A stretch of 64,000 nucleotides of DNA from an uncultured Clostridia bacterium (GCA_934464705.1 CAKSKB010000002.1:12667-76666); one strand, 5' to 3'; numbered from the stretch's first letter, positions 25,163 to 40,626 are shown. Notes: generated by a model from the letters alone, not told the origin. Program-made: numbers and translations.

Positions 25163-26950
25163 CTATTTTTCCTTAACTTGATTCTTTGTTGCTGCTTTAA
25201 TTCCGAACAGAACCGCAAGCATAAGCACAACGCCTATAGGAAGGCAGATGTACCACGACTTAACAAAGCCCGAAATTATGTACGAAACAAACGAAACTGC
25301 CGCAACTGTCATAGCGTACGGGAGCTGTGTGGAAACATGGTTAAGGTGGTTACACTGTGCACCGGCTGAGGACATGATTGTTGTATCCGAAATAGGTGAG
25401 CAGTGGTCTCCGCAAACAGCGCCCGCAAGGCATGCGGACATTCCGATAACCTGCATGGGATCTGTTGCCGGGAAAATTGCCGTAACAATCGGAATAAGAA
25501 TACCGAATGTACCCCAGGATGTGCCGGTTGCAAACGAAAGCCCAACCGCTACCAGGAATATAATTGCCGGCAGGAAGTTTGTGAATCCGGCAGCTGCACC
25601 GCTTACGATATTGGCAACAAACACTTTTGCACCGAGAAGCCCGGTCATATTCTTAAGTGCGGTTGCAAAGGTAAGTATAAGGATTGCGGGAACCATTGCT
25701 ATAAAGCCCTTGGGAATACTGTCCATTGCCTCTTTGAAGGTGATGCTGCGTCTGATAAGCAGGTACACAATAGTGATAACAAGCGAAATTATACCGCCCC
25801 AGGGAAGACCTACGGTTGCGTCGGTATTTGCAAAGGCATCCACAAAGCTTTCGCCGCTGAAGAAACCGCCGACATAGATAAGCGCCAGAACACACACAAC
25901 AATAAGTGTCACTATCGGGAAAACGAGGTCAAGCACGATACCCTTTGATGAAACGGTTTCGCTCTCCGCTGCTTCGTCAACACGGTCGCCGCAGGTATAA
26001 AGGTCGCCCTTTGTTACGGCATTAAATTCATGCAGCTTCATCGGACCGTAATCAAGCTTCATGGCGGTGATTGCGATTATAAACACGAATGTGAGCAGCG
26101 AATAAAAATTAAATGGAATTGCTCTTATGAACATTGCGAGTCCCTGTCCCTCGGGAGCGTAGCTTGAAACTGCCGCAGCCCACGAAGAAATCGGGGCAAT
26201 CATGCATACCGGAGCCGCTGTCGCATCAATAAGATATGCAAGCTTCGCGCGGGAAATTTTATTGCGGTCGGTAAGCGGTTTCATAACTGAGCCGACTGTA
26301 AGGCAGTTGAAATAATCGTCAATAAATATCAGCACGCCGAGCACAAATGTCGCAATCATAGCGCCGGAGCGTGATTTGATATTCTTCTGCGCCCATGTTC
26401 CGAATGCTGCGCTTCCGCCTGCTTTATTGACGAGCGCAACGATAACGCCGAGCACAACGAGGAATATAAAAATTCCGGCGGTACCCGAAACTGCGGCAAT
26501 CAGACCTTCGTTGAGAAGATTGTCCATTGCGGCAACGGGTTTAAAGCCTGTTGAAAACAGCGCGCCTACCGCTATACCGATAAACAGCGAGGAATAAACC
26601 TCTTTGGTGATAAGCGCAAGCACAATTGCGATAACGGGCGGTATAATTGCCCAGAATGTCGCAAAAAACGGTATGTCTTTCTGTTTGGTTTCTTTTGCCG
26701 TTTCGCTTCTTGCTTTGAAGTTGCCGTCGGTATCGGCAATATCTTCATTGTAGTGGTCGTCCGCAAAATATGTATCTGCGTCGCCGGGGTCGGTGAGGTC
26801 GAGCGATTCATAACCGTCATCTCCCTCAAAAACATAGGTGTCGGCGGTGGAGGCAGGTGCGGTTTCCGCAAAGCTCAGCATCGGCAGCATGAGCGCAAAA
26901 ACAAACACCAGACATCCGACAATCGCCGCAAGTCTTTTTGTGTCTTTCAT
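25163..26950 (-). CDS. NhaC-family Na+/H+ antiporter with an extended N-terminal exported segment
   Basis: About 12 TM helices with NhaC-like motifs (FIDDYFNCLTVG, ISDTTIMSSA). Start placed at MKDTKRL. Confidence 0.8.
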   Translation of the reverse strand: MKDTKRLAAIVGCLVFVFALMLPMLSFAETAPASTADTYVFEGDDGYESLDLTDPGDADTYFADDHYNEDIADTDGNFKARSETAKETKQKDIPFFATFWAIIPPVIAIVLALITKEVYSSLFIGIAVGALFSTGFKPVAAMDNLLNEGLIAAVSGTAGIFIFLVVLGVIVALVNKAGGSAAFGTWAQKNIKSRSGAMIATFVLGVLIFIDDYFNCLTVGSVMKPLTDRNKISRAKLAYLIDATAAPVCMIAPISSWAAAVSSYAPEGQGLAMFIRAIPFNFYSLLTFVFIIAITAMKLDYGPMKLHEFNAVTKGDLYTCGDRVDEAAESETVSSKGIVLDLVFPIVTLIVVCVLALIYVGGFFSGESFVDAFANTDATVGLPWGGIISLVITIVYLLIRRSITFKEAMDSIPKGFIAMVPAILILTFATALKNMTGLLGAKVFVANIVSGAAAGFTNFLPAIIFLVAVGLSFATGTSWGTFGILIPIVTAIFPATDPMQVIGMSACLAGAVCGDHCSPISDTTIMSSAGAQCNHLNHVSTQLPYAMTVAAVSFVSYIISGFVKSWYICLPIGVVLMLAVLFGIKAATKNQVKEK

Positions 26951-27023
26951 GTAAGACATCCTTTCGTATAAAATTACAAAAACTATTATAATATTTTTTG
27001 GAGTTTTTGTCAATATTATTTGC

Positions 27024-27935
27024 TCAATTTTTGAAAATAATTGCATCTTCATAGCAAAGACCGGGCTGAAATGCCATATTTAGTCCCGCTGAAATGATTC
27101 CGGACATATCCGATATCATTGCATCGGTATTTTTAGGTGCAACAATAAGACTTTTATAATATGGCGGCAAAAGCTCTTCGGCAAGTTTTTCGCGGTCGGT
27201 ATCGTCCATATACGCTTCAAGTGCGTCAACGGCGATTGTGGCGGCGTCTACAACCGTCGGAACCCCCACGGCTATCACCGGGATTCCGAGCGTTTTTCTG
27301 CTTAATTCAAATCTTTTATTGCCCACTCCCGCACCGGGGGATATACCGGTATCGGAAATCTGAATGGTAGTATTTACCCTTTCTACACGCCTTGCCGCGA
27401 GTGCGTCAATTGCCACAACCACACTCGGTTTTATGCGCGTGCAAATGCTTCTTATTATTTCCCCGGTTTCAATGCCGGTTGTGCCCAAAACTCCCGGTGC
27501 AACGGCGCACACCCCACGAAGACTATCGCCGAAGCTTTGCGGCATATATTCTTTAAGGTGCCTGGTTACGAGCAGCCCCGATACCACTCTCGGCCCCAGA
27601 GAATCGGAGGTTATACTGCGGTTTCCGAGCCCGGCCGCAAGAATACAGCCGTCGCCGAAAGCATTAAGCACTTTTTCCATTTCGTCACGGAATTTAAGCG
27701 TCACAGCTTTTGAGAAATCAGGGTTTCTATCGGTTATTTTCGGCATTTCAAGGGTTACATAGCTGCCAATCTTTTTGCCGAGTTTTTCTGCACCCTTTTT
27801 GCTCGAAATATGCACTCTGTTTATTTCAATATCATCAGAGCTTTCACATTCCGAGAATATTCCGTCCGAATCCGGCTTTCCGCTTCCGTATATTTCATTT
27901 GCTTCAAGTGCAAGGTCTGTCCGTATCTGTATCAT
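27024..27935 (-). CDS. gpr: Germination protease (GPR endopeptidase)
   Basis: IRTDLALEA...GLGN...TSDSLGP...VAIDALA...ISDTGI.PG.GVGN are GPR signatures. Start at MIQIRTD. Confidence 0.9.
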   Translation of the reverse strand: MIQIRTDLALEANEIYGSGKPDSDGIFSECESSDDIEINRVHISSKKGAEKLGKKIGSYVTLEMPKITDRNPDFSKAVTLKFRDEMEKVLNAFGDGCILAAGLGNRSITSDSLGPRVVSGLLVTRHLKEYMPQSFGDSLRGVCAVAPGVLGTTGIETGEIIRSICTRIKPSVVVAIDALAARRVERVNTTIQISDTGISPGAGVGNKRFELSRKTLGIPVIAVGVPTVVDAATIAVDALEAYMDDTDREKLAEELLPPYYKSLIVAPKNTDAMISDMSGIISAGLNMAFQPGLCYEDAIIFKN

Positions 27936-27976
27936 GAAAAAATCACCCCGCACTATTTTTAGCACGGAGCGATTTT

Positions 27977-28705
27977 TTATTCAAAGATTACTGATTTTCC
28001 GAAAACATCTTTAATTACCATCATAAGCGATTTATCGCAGTGTTCGCGATTCCGTATTATTATTCTTTCCGGTGCCATTTTTGCAAGTATTCCTACAAAA
28101 TAGTCGTTTTCCGCAATATCATGCCCAGGATTTGAATTTTCAATCTCTATACCGTTAAGATCCGTTACCCGACAGCTGCGCGGTGCAAACTCAAGAATTA
28201 TTCCGCCTTTCTTCTCGCTGCTTCCCAGAACATACCGCAGCATTTCCACAAGCTCATCATATTCCCGTTTTGCTATTGCGTCCTCGGCTACAACATCGGT
28301 TCGTCTGCAGAGAACCTCCGTCAGCCATCGAAGCCGAAATTTTATAAATCCTTCAATATCCAGCATTCCGTTTTCTTTTATGCAGGATTTAATCACATCA
28401 GCAAGCTTGGGGCGCACATTATCAAGAAAAGAATCCGAAACCGCTGCGTCGGTTATCATCTGCCTCTCTATATCGGAAAGATAACGGTATGTTTTATCGG
28501 TATACTTTTTAGCCGATGATTTCGCATATATTTTCAGCACAAATGCCGACATGCTTTCAAAAAAACTGGGTTCATCACAGGTGTAAATATCAAGATATAT
28601 GCGGTCGCCCACCGCACGAAGGCCGTATTCCCGAAGGTTTGCAATACTCAAAAACTCGTCAGTTTCGTTTTCTGATTTGAATCCAACCGTCATAACATTA
28701 ACCAA
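27977..28705 (-). CDS. ytxC: Putative sporulation protein YtxC
   Basis: The LDIEGFIKFRLRW...AIAKREYDELVEMLRYV pattern is typical of the YtxC family (recalled). Confidence 0.55.
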   Translation of the reverse strand: MVNVMTVGFKSENETDEFLSIANLREYGLRAVGDRIYLDIYTCDEPSFFESMSAFVLKIYAKSSAKKYTDKTYRYLSDIERQMITDAAVSDSFLDNVRPKLADVIKSCIKENGMLDIEGFIKFRLRWLTEVLCRRTDVVAEDAIAKREYDELVEMLRYVLGSSEKKGGIILEFAPRSCRVTDLNGIEIENSNPGHDIAENDYFVGILAKMAPERIIIRNREHCDKSLMMVIKDVFGKSVIFE

Positions 28706-28717
28706 AAAATCACCTCA

Positions 28718-29386
28718 TCACAAAAAAATCAAAGTACCGTAATCATAAAGCTTTCCGGGCAGGCAGAGATAGTCGATTTTCATATTTTTAAGAAAACCGT
28801 CAATCTTCGCAAAGTCCGGATGTTCAGCTATATCCCCCGAAAAAATCAGTCTTCCGTCAAAACCGGAAGCTCCCCCTATAAATCCGTATTCGCAGTCCCT
28901 GAGCCCGACATATCCCGGCTCTATCAGCAGTGCCGGCATTTTGCCGCTTACTGCCTTATATATTCCTCTGTCCGCTGTGATTATGCCGCTCCCGAAGCTG
29001 CACACGGAACATTTTGAATATCCTTGTTTAACATTAATTATCTCTCTTCCCGATGCCTGTATTCTATCCAGAATTACGCTGTCGGCTATGCTTTGGCAGC
29101 ATATCGCATATTTATCGGTTACAGCTACATTATATGCCGCAGATTTCGGGTAGTGCCCGAAGGGCAGCGCCGCACCTTTTAAAACATTTTTGCTTTTTAG
29201 ATTTTTTTTGTAATAATCGTAAAAACATGGTGGAACAATAACATTGTTATCAAAGCTGCAAACCTGCATATCCGCATGAAAGCGTTCATAGGAAAGTATG
29301 TGCTTATTCTCCTCTGTATATACAATGTGATAATTTTCAAACGATTTAAGCCCCGACTCGGGCGAAATTATCAGAGTATCTGTCAT
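28718..29386 (-). CDS. Hypothetical protein, possibly amidinotransferase-like (GME) fold (DUF6873-like)
   Basis: Motifs FHADMQV, KQGYSKCS and GFIGGASG resemble that family from memory. Weak assignment. Confidence 0.4.
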   Translation of the reverse strand: MTDTLIISPESGLKSFENYHIVYTEENKHILSYERFHADMQVCSFDNNVIVPPCFYDYYKKNLKSKNVLKGAALPFGHYPKSAAYNVAVTDKYAICCQSIADSVILDRIQASGREIINVKQGYSKCSVCSFGSGIITADRGIYKAVSGKMPALLIEPGYVGLRDCEYGFIGGASGFDGRLIFSGDIAEHPDFAKIDGFLKNMKIDYLCLPGKLYDYGTLIFL

Positions 29387-29661
29387 TATTTATGAACCTC
29401 TTCCGGAAGATTGACATATAATGAGTTTGTTGAATTCAACCTTCCCTTATTTACGGCAGTCCCTGCCGATCATATATATGTCAGCCGTGCCGGGTTTCCC
29501 CGGCACGGTATTTATTGTTTTGAGCTTACATCAAATACAAACACAGAATGTGTTTGGTAACCTATATTGTAAATATTATATCATAAGTTCTGACCAATGT
29601 CAACTAATTATACCACAATTCGCCAAATTATGTTTATTTATTCCTTAATTATTAATAATCA

Positions 29662-29696
29662 TAAAAATAAGACCTTCTCCGGAAGGTCTTATTTTA
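29662..29696 (-). terminator. rpoBC operon terminator
   Basis: Minus strand reads AATAAGACCTTC-CGGA-GAAGGTCTTATT followed by a T-run, 8 nt after the rpoC stop. Confidence 0.8.
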
Positions 29697-29703
29697 GATG
29701 AAT

Positions 29704-32700
29704 TTACTGGTTTTCAGATTCTGAAATCGGTTCGTCATCGGGGAGTTTATCCTCATCGATATGAACATCGGAATACTGGTGCATACCCGTACCTGCCGGG
29801 ATAAGCTTACCGAGGATAACATTTTCCTTAAGACCGATAAGCGGGTCAACCTTGCCTTTAATTGCGGCTTCGGTGAGAACCCTGGTGGTTTCCTGGAAGG
29901 ACGCCGCCGACAGGAACGAATCCGTTGCGAGCGAAGCCTTTGTGATACCGAGAAGTATTCTCGTACCGGTTGCCGGGTTTTTGCCTGCGGCGAGGGCTTC
30001 CTCGTTCTGTTTATTGAAATCGTAAAGTTCAACAAGTGTACCCATGAGCATATTTGTTTCGCCTGCGTCTTCGATTTTAACCTTATTAATCATCTGGCGC
30101 ACGATAACTTCAATATGCTTATCGTTAATATCAACACCCTGGAGCTTATATGTTCTCTGAACTTCCTGGGTGAGGTATTCCTGAACTGCCTCAAGACCTT
30201 TGATTTTGAGGATTTCGTGAGGATTGCACGGACCGTCTGTAATGAGGTCACCGGGTTCAATCACATCGCCCTCTTTAACTTTAAGCCTTGCTGCGAACGG
30301 AATAACATATGTCTTTGCTTCCGCGAGCTCATCGTTTGTAACGATAACTTCACGGCGCTTCTGTGTTTCGTTGAACGATACGGTACCGCCGATTTCCGAA
30401 ATTGTTGCAAGACCCTTAGGCTTTCTTGCTTCAAACAATTCCTCGACACGGGGAAGACCCTGTGTGATATCGTCGCCGGCAACACCGCCGGTATGGAATG
30501 TTCTCATTGTGAGCTGCGTACCGGGTTCGCCGATGGACTGTGCAGCGATTATGCCGACTGCCTCACCGATATTGACTTCGCGGCTGGTCGCAAGGTTTTC
30601 GCCGTAGCACTTTGCGCAAACACCGACTTTTGCTTTACAGTTAAGAACCGAACGCACATATGCGCGCTTAACGCCTGCGTCAACAATTTTCTTCGCAAGA
30701 ACATCGTTGATAAGGTCGGTATTCTTTCTTGCAAGGATTTCTCCGGTTTCGGGATTAACAATATCCTGTGCCGGGTATCTGCCGATAAGTCTTTCAACAA
30801 GCGGCTCGATGATTTCGTTGCCGTCGCGGATATCCTGAACCCATGTTCCGGCTTCGGTTCCGCAGTCAAGCTCTCTGATGATAACATCCTGGCTGACATC
30901 AACCAGTCGCCTTGTGAGGTAACCGGAGTCGGCTGTACGGAGTGCCGTATCGGCAAGACCCTTTCTCGCACCGTGTGACGATACGAAGAATTCCAGAATG
31001 TTAAGACCTTCTCGGAAGTTAGCCTTAACCGGAACTTCGACCGTACGGCCCTGCGTATCCGCCATAAGACCACGCATTGCGGCAAGCTGACGAATCTGGT
31101 TAACGGAGCCTCGGGCACCGGAGTCTGCCATCATATAAATAGGATTGAGCCAGTCAAGGCTGTACATAAGCACATCCGTTACGCACTTACTGGTATCAGC
31201 CCATGTAGTGATAACTCTCTTGTAGCGTTCGTCCTCGGAAAGCATACCTCGTCTGTAAAGTCTTGTAACTTTTTCGACGATATCCTCTGCCTGTTTGAGG
31301 AGAAGCGCTTTTTCTTCGGGCACCTTAACATCGTCAACCGACACTGTGATTGCGCCTTTTGTCGAATAAGAATATCCGAGTGATTTAATATCGTCAAGAA
31401 CCTTAGCTGTTTCGCTTGTTCCGTGAACGCGGATACATCTGTCGATGATTTTTCCGAGCTGTTTTTTGCCGACAAGGAAGTCGATTTCATAAACAAGCCT
31501 GTTATCAGCTTTGCTTCTGTCGACAAAATCGAGGTCCTGAGGAATATTTTCATTAAATATAATTCTGCCGACGGTTGTTGTAACGATGCCGGTAACCGTT
31601 TCGCCGCCGATTTTCTTGGAAACTCTCACCATCATCGGCTCATGAAGCGAAATTATACCGAGCTGATAAGCATGAATTGCTTCTTCCGGCGATTCAAACT
31701 TCTTGATAGCTAAAAATCTCTTTGCGTATCTGTACATGTCGTCAAGCGATTCTTCTGTGAAAATCTTGGCAAGATACTTATCCGCATTCTTTTCATCGCT
31801 TGCAGCCTTAATTATTTCGGCTGTTTTTTTAGCTTTTTCGTCAGCTGTCATATTTTCTGCGGCTTTAAGGAGAGTCTGAAGTTCTTCATACGCTTCGTTT
31901 GCCGCAGCTGTTTTTGCCTGAACCTCAACAAGTTCTTCTTCAAACTTGTTATAGATATTGTATGTTGTTTCGTTAAATCCCGGGAATCCCACATGAAGGG
32001 CTGCCATAATCTCATCGGCATTCTTGCCGGCGCCGTCCCTTCTGAGTTCCAGGCGGTATTCTTTAAGATATTCGCCGAGTTTTTCGGGCTCGGCTTTATC
32101 CTTCTTCATCTTCTTTGCAAGCTTATCATAAACCGCTTTTTCGGCATCAAGCTTCAGCATATCGTTGATGTCTTTTCGTGTAGCATAGTTCAGAGCTTCG
32201 ATATCGTTTATAACCGCCGAGATTGATTTATTGCGGTCCTTCAGTTTTGAAATCTCGTTTTTGACAACAACGGAGGTTTCACGAAGGAATGTTATATCGT
32301 TTGTGAGGTTAACGACAACATTTTTGAGCACTGCCTCATCAATGTTGCCAAACTCTCGGTTTACTCTGTCATTAAGTTCAAACTCTTTAAGAAGAGTGAG
32401 GTAATAGCTTCCCAAAACCATATCCTGCGTAGGAACGGTTACGGGATGTCCGTCCTGCGGCTTAAGGAGGTTATTGGCGGAAAGCATAAGGAATCTCGCC
32501 TCTGCCTGTGCTTCTGCCGACAACGGAACATGGATAGCCATCTGGTCACCGTCGAAATCGGCGTTATATGCGGTACAAACCAGCGGATGAAGCTTTAACG
32601 CCTTACCGCTTACCAAGATAGGCTCAAACGCCTGGATACCGAGTCTGTGAAGTGTAGGCGCACGGTTAAGAAGAACCGGATGTTCTTTAATAACATCCTC

Positions 32701-33903
32701 CAATACATCCCAAACCTCATCGCGAACCCTTTCAACCATTCTCTTTGCGCTCTTTATATTATGAGCCTTGCCGTCTTTTACGAGGCGTTTCATAACAAAC
32801 GGCTTGAACAGTTCGAGTGCCATATCCTTAGGCACGCCGCACTGGAACAGCTTAAGGTCAGGCCCTACAACGATAACCGAACGGCCCGAATAGTCAACAC
32901 GCTTACCGAGAAGGTTCTGTCTGAATCTTCCCTGCTTACCTTTAAGCATATCGGAAAGTGATTTAAGTGCACGGTTTCCGGGACCGGTTACGGAGCGGCC
33001 GCGTCTGCCGTTATCGATAAGTGCGTCAACGGCTTCCTGAAGCATTCTCTTTTCGTTTCTTACGATAATGTCCGGAGCGCCAAGTTCAAGAAGCTTTTTA
33101 AGACGGTTATTTCTGTTGATGATTCTTCTGTAGAGGTCATTTAAGTCGCTTGTGGCAAATCTGCCGCCGTCAAGCTGAACCATAGGTCTGATTTCCGGCG
33201 GAATTACGGGAACAACATCAAGAATCATCCATGACGGTTTGTTGCCCGAGAGCCTGAAGGCTTCAACAACTTCGAGTCTTTTTATAATTCTGATTTTCTT
33301 CTGACCGGAAGCGTCCTCAAGTTCGGCTCTCAATTCTTTTGAAAGCTGCTCGAGGTCGAGTGCGTCAAGAAGTTCTTTAATTGCTTCCGCACCCATGCCG
33401 GCACGGAACTTATCGCCGTATTTCTCCTTAGCGTCACGGTATTCCTTTTCGGATATAACCTGTCTTTCCATGAACGCCGTTCTGCCGGGATCTATTACCA
33501 CATATGAAGCAAAGTAAAGAACCTTTTCAAGAAGCCTCGGGGACATATCGAGTATAAGCCCCATACGGCTGGGCACGCCCTTGAAGTACCAGATATGGGA
33601 AACAGGAGCAGCAAGCTCTATATGACCCATTCTTTCTCTTCTGACCTTTGCTTTTGTAACTTCAACTCCGCATCGGTCGCAGACTATACCCTTATATCTT
33701 ACTCTTTTGTATTTTCCGCAATGGCATTCCCAGTCCTTGGTCGGTCCGAAAATGCGCTCACAGAACAAACCGTCCTTCTCGGGCTTTAATGTTCTGTAGT
33801 TGATTGTTTCAGGTTTTTTAACCTCACCGTAAGACCATTCTCTGATTTTTTCGGGGGAGGCAAGACCTATTTTTATAGCATCAAAGTTTGTGTAATTTGA
33901 CAT
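29704..33903 (-). CDS. rpoC: DNA-directed RNA polymerase subunit beta' (1399 aa, carries a ~225-aa insertion)
   Basis: Zn finger [26 protein letters not shown] active site, and trigger-loop/bridge-helix regions all present. Confidence 0.97.
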   Translation of the reverse strand: MSNYTNFDAIKIGLASPEKIREWSYGEVKKPETINYRTLKPEKDGLFCERIFGPTKDWECHCGKYKRVRYKGIVCDRCGVEVTKAKVRRERMGHIELAAPVSHIWYFKGVPSRMGLILDMSPRLLEKVLYFASYVVIDPGRTAFMERQVISEKEYRDAKEKYGDKFRAGMGAEAIKELLDALDLEQLSKELRAELEDASGQKKIRIIKRLEVVEAFRLSGNKPSWMILDVVPVIPPEIRPMVQLDGGRFATSDLNDLYRRIINRNNRLKKLLELGAPDIIVRNEKRMLQEAVDALIDNGRRGRSVTGPGNRALKSLSDMLKGKQGRFRQNLLGKRVDYSGRSVIVVGPDLKLFQCGVPKDMALELFKPFVMKRLVKDGKAHNIKSAKRMVERVRDEVWDVLEDVIKEHPVLLNRAPTLHRLGIQAFEPILVSGKALKLHPLVCTAYNADFDGDQMAIHVPLSAEAQAEARFLMLSANNLLKPQDGHPVTVPTQDMVLGSYYLTLLKEFELNDRVNREFGNIDEAVLKNVVVNLTNDITFLRETSVVVKNEISKLKDRNKSISAVINDIEALNYATRKDINDMLKLDAEKAVYDKLAKKMKKDKAEPEKLGEYLKEYRLELRRDGAGKNADEIMAALHVGFPGFNETTYNIYNKFEEELVEVQAKTAAANEAYEELQTLLKAAENMTADEKAKKTAEIIKAASDEKNADKYLAKIFTEESLDDMYRYAKRFLAIKKFESPEEAIHAYQLGIISLHEPMMVRVSKKIGGETVTGIVTTTVGRIIFNENIPQDLDFVDRSKADNRLVYEIDFLVGKKQLGKIIDRCIRVHGTSETAKVLDDIKSLGYSYSTKGAITVSVDDVKVPEEKALLLKQAEDIVEKVTRLYRRGMLSEDERYKRVITTWADTSKCVTDVLMYSLDWLNPIYMMADSGARGSVNQIRQLAAMRGLMADTQGRTVEVPVKANFREGLNILEFFVSSHGARKGLADTALRTADSGYLTRRLVDVSQDVIIRELDCGTEAGTWVQDIRDGNEIIEPLVERLIGRYPAQDIVNPETGEILARKNTDLINDVLAKKIVDAGVKRAYVRSVLNCKAKVGVCAKCYGENLATSREVNIGEAVGIIAAQSIGEPGTQLTMRTFHTGGVAGDDITQGLPRVEELFEARKPKGLATISEIGGTVSFNETQKRREVIVTNDELAEAKTYVIPFAARLKVKEGDVIEPGDLITDGPCNPHEILKIKGLEAVQEYLTQEVQRTYKLQGVDINDKHIEVIVRQMINKVKIEDAGETNMLMGTLVELYDFNKQNEEALAAGKNPATGTRILLGITKASLATDSFLSAASFQETTRVLTEAAIKGKVDPLIGLKENVILGKLIPAGTGMHQYSDVHIDEDKLPDDEPISESENQ

Positions 33904-33917
33904 TTCAAAGCGCCTCC

Positions 33918-37703
<3,786 letters not shown>

Positions 37704-37795
37704 AAGCATATCACCTCTTCAAAAAATTTCAGTCCCCGTTTTGCCGGAACGGAACCGATTTGAAAAAACTCTGTAACACAAATTTCAAAAAACTC

Positions 37796-37824
37796 TTGAT
37801 TTTTTATTGAATTTGTGATATAGT
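37796..37824 (+). promoter_or_regulatory. Plus-strand promoter in the rpoB / surface-protein intergenic region
   Basis: TTGATT-17 nt-TATAGT with a TGn extended -10. Confidence 0.4.
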
Positions 37825-37991
37825 ATGTATATAAGGATAATATGCCCTTATATCATACATATAGCATTATATGATAATATCATAATCCGAAGGTTTTGTC
37901 AAGGGTTTTTGGCAATATTTTTCGGCTTTTTTTATTTTTCGGGGATTTTTATTCAAACAGGGGTGGGGTGCCGAGGCATCTCACCCTTTTA

Positions 37992-38046
37992 ATTTTGCCG
38001 CAAATCCTTGCTTTGCTTGCTGCGAAACAGGGATTTGCGGCAAAAT
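37992..38046. other. Perfect 16-bp inverted repeat (stem-loop)
   Basis: ATTTTGCCGCAAATCC-N23-GGATTTGCGGCAAAAT. Confidence 0.7.
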
Positions 38047-38224
38047 GTTTTTACATATTAATTGTCTTAAATATCAATTTGGCTGCATGACAAAAAAATA
38101 CCCCCAATTTTAGAAAAAACATCGTCTTGTTTATTGATGTGCTTTGTGTTAAAATAAAGTTAGGTGAGAGAATGCTTAATCTCTTGACCGGATAAATTAA
38201 TATTTATTAAAGGAGCGAAGAAGC

Positions 38225-40594
38225 ATGAAGAAAAAACTTATTTGTTTAGTAACGGGAATTGTACTCATTTTATCAATGTTGACTTGTGTTACGGCAGCTG
38301 CGGAGTATGACCGTGTAAGCCTCGGTTATACAGATTCCGTTTTTGTAAAAACGGAAGTCGGGTCAACACCGCAGCAAATTAAGGTTTTCGGTATAACTGA
38401 TAACGCATACGGCGAAGCAGTTACCAAAACCGACCTTACAGGAAGCGAAGGGCTTACATATACCATAAGTGATGAAAATGTTGCATCTGTAAGCAGTGAC
38501 GGATACCTTACAATTAAGGATTACGGCATAGCAACCCTTACGGTAACCGACGGAAAAACAACCGCGAGCGTTCTTATTTCGGTTACGGCAAAGGGCGCCC
38601 TCGGCGGATTGAACAGCAACGGAGAAGTGTTTACTTTTGATGGTGATTCATTTCCGTTTGAATCAAGGAGCAACTGCGAAAAAGAAACAGTAAATGTCCG
38701 CAGAGGAGACGGAGCTGCTTTGATTAAGAGTGATTGCCTTGACCTTTATTGTTCGGACAGATGGGGTACCAATGCAGGTTCGTCAGGATATGTTGAAGCG
38801 TGGTTTTATGACCCCGGTCAGTTGGATGACGGAACATGGGCAGCCGGAACGCCGTTCGGCTGGTTTGACCACAACGATGTGGGTGCAGCGGAAGGAAACC
38901 CGAACTATGGCTGGGGAAGAGCGGATTTGAGACTTCAGATGCACGACCAGATCGGAGCAATGTACGGAAATGCCACCTACAAAATGAGCAAAAACTCAAC
39001 AGATATTAAGAGAACAAAGGGCTGGCATCAGCTTGTAATTCTTGCTTATAACGACGGAACAATCGACGATGAAACAAGAAAGAAGCCAAGCGGAAACTTA
39101 ATAGGACAGGAACAGCTGATGAACCGCTGCCGATTTTTTATTGACGGTCAGGAAACTGCAATGGACGGTTTTCCGGACGGCACGGTTTTTGCGGGCTGTC
39201 TTACAATCCGTGCAAACGGCGGAAGCGGCTGCCCTGTCGACGATATAGGTCAGTACCGATATATTGACATGAAAAATGTGAATATATCCGGTAATTTGAT
39301 GGAGGGCGAAGCGCTTTCGGTTTCGTATGATTACATCAATACATACGACGCTGTTAAAACGGAAAACATCAAGTGGTTCCGAGGCGAAGGCGACACATGG
39401 GCAGAAATCGAAGGCGCAGCAGGCAAAACCTATACCCTGACCGCCGACGATGTAGGAAAGTTCGTTAAGGCTGAAATTGCGGTAACCGCTGCGGACAATA
39501 ATGACGGTACGAATCTTACCGAAAAAACAACAACCGCTAAAAGAACCGTTAAAACAACGGCGGCCGTTAAGGGCGCTTCGCCCGAAGGTGCAACCGCATC
39601 GGTTGATTATGCAAGCGGTCTTAAAACTGACACAAATGTGCTAACATTCAATCCATGCTACGCAAACGGTGTTACGACATTTGATTTCTACGATGACGGT
39701 GTTTCGGGCGGACTGCTTTCATTCAAGTCCGAAGGCAGTGTTATAAGCGAATACTTTAAGCTTTATGCGGACAACAAGTATACTTTCAATGCTGACCAAG
39801 GAACTCCCTCCGTCGGTGAAAAAACAGTATCGCTTGACAGAAGCGAGGGGTGGCATACAATAAAAATCAAAGCGATTGCCGACTTGTACACTTATGAAGT
39901 ATATCTTGATAACACTTTGGTTCATAAAATTAAAACCGCAAGCGAACCTACCGGAATCAGATATATAAACGCGGAAAGCAAGGATCAAAAGGTAATTCCC
40001 GGTTCTTCGAGAACCCTTTGGTATAAAACTCTTAAAACAGAGCCTCTTTATACCGTAACCGTAAACAAGAATAACGGCGGAGAAGCTTCGGTTGACAATG
40101 CTTATGTTGAAAACGGCGGAAAAACAACCCTTACCGTTGTTCCTTCCGAGGGATACAGTGCGTCTGTTAAGGTGAACGGCTCGCAAGTGGCTTTTGGCGG
40201 GACGACATTTGAAATTACGAACATCACAGAAAATGTTACGGTTGATGTTACATTCACCAAAAATGCTCCCGAAGTACCGACGGTTTCAAAAACCGACATA
40301 ATTGCAAATGCGGATTATAACGGTAAAACTTCCGCTGTTGTTTATGCAAAAGTTACAGGCAGTGCAAAGGGTGCCGGCATTATCCTCAAAGACAGCGCCG
40401 GCCATGAGCTTGTTCTGAACGCATTTAACGCAGATGACTCAATATTTACAAGCGGTACTTTCGGAATCCGTGTATTCGGTGAGGCACTTGTTGTCGGAAA
40501 TCAGTATAAATATATTCCGTTTGTTACATATGCTTCCGGCGATGGCGAAGTGACAGACAAAGCAGCCGAAGAAGAGTTTACATTCGGAGAATAA
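38225..40594 (+). CDS. Secreted large surface-associated protein (789 aa, no SLH anchor), paralogue of the next gene
   Basis: Signal peptide. Big_2-like Ig domain (TYTISDENVASVSSDGYLTIKDYGIATLTVTDG). Lectin/LamG-like region. C-terminal InlB-B-repeat-like segment (VTVNKNNGG...GYSASVKVNG). Confidence 0.75.
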   Translation: MKKKLICLVTGIVLILSMLTCVTAAAEYDRVSLGYTDSVFVKTEVGSTPQQIKVFGITDNAYGEAVTKTDLTGSEGLTYTISDENVASVSSDGYLTIKDYGIATLTVTDGKTTASVLISVTAKGALGGLNSNGEVFTFDGDSFPFESRSNCEKETVNVRRGDGAALIKSDCLDLYCSDRWGTNAGSSGYVEAWFYDPGQLDDGTWAAGTPFGWFDHNDVGAAEGNPNYGWGRADLRLQMHDQIGAMYGNATYKMSKNSTDIKRTKGWHQLVILAYNDGTIDDETRKKPSGNLIGQEQLMNRCRFFIDGQETAMDGFPDGTVFAGCLTIRANGGSGCPVDDIGQYRYIDMKNVNISGNLMEGEALSVSYDYINTYDAVKTENIKWFRGEGDTWAEIEGAAGKTYTLTADDVGKFVKAEIAVTAADNNDGTNLTEKTTTAKRTVKTTAAVKGASPEGATASVDYASGLKTDTNVLTFNPCYANGVTTFDFYDDGVSGGLLSFKSEGSVISEYFKLYADNKYTFNADQGTPSVGEKTVSLDRSEGWHTIKIKAIADLYTYEVYLDNTLVHKIKTASEPTGIRYINAESKDQKVIPGSSRTLWYKTLKTEPLYTVTVNKNNGGEASVDNAYVENGGKTTLTVVPSEGYSASVKVNGSQVAFGGTTFEITNITENVTVDVTFTKNAPEVPTVSKTDIIANADYNGKTSAVVYAKVTGSAKGAGIILKDSAGHELVLNAFNADDSIFTSGTFGIRVFGEALVVGNQYKYIPFVTYASGDGEVTDKAAEEEFTFGE
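38292..39489 (+). repeat. Direct repeat copy A (~1.2 kb)
   Basis: Aligns at a constant offset of 2408 nt with 40700-41897. I spotted four substitutions by eye. The antisense ORF translations (38724-38999 vs 41132-41407) are identical. Confidence 0.95.
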
Positions 40595-40626
40595 TTCAGA
40601 GTATGTTTTTTATCGGGAGGTAGCAC

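Noticed and set aside
29761-30978. 405-aa plus-strand ORF, and the similar 408-aa ORF at 34983-36209
   Set aside because: Antisense shadows inside rpoC and rpoB. Long antisense frames like these are common in strongly codon-biased genes.
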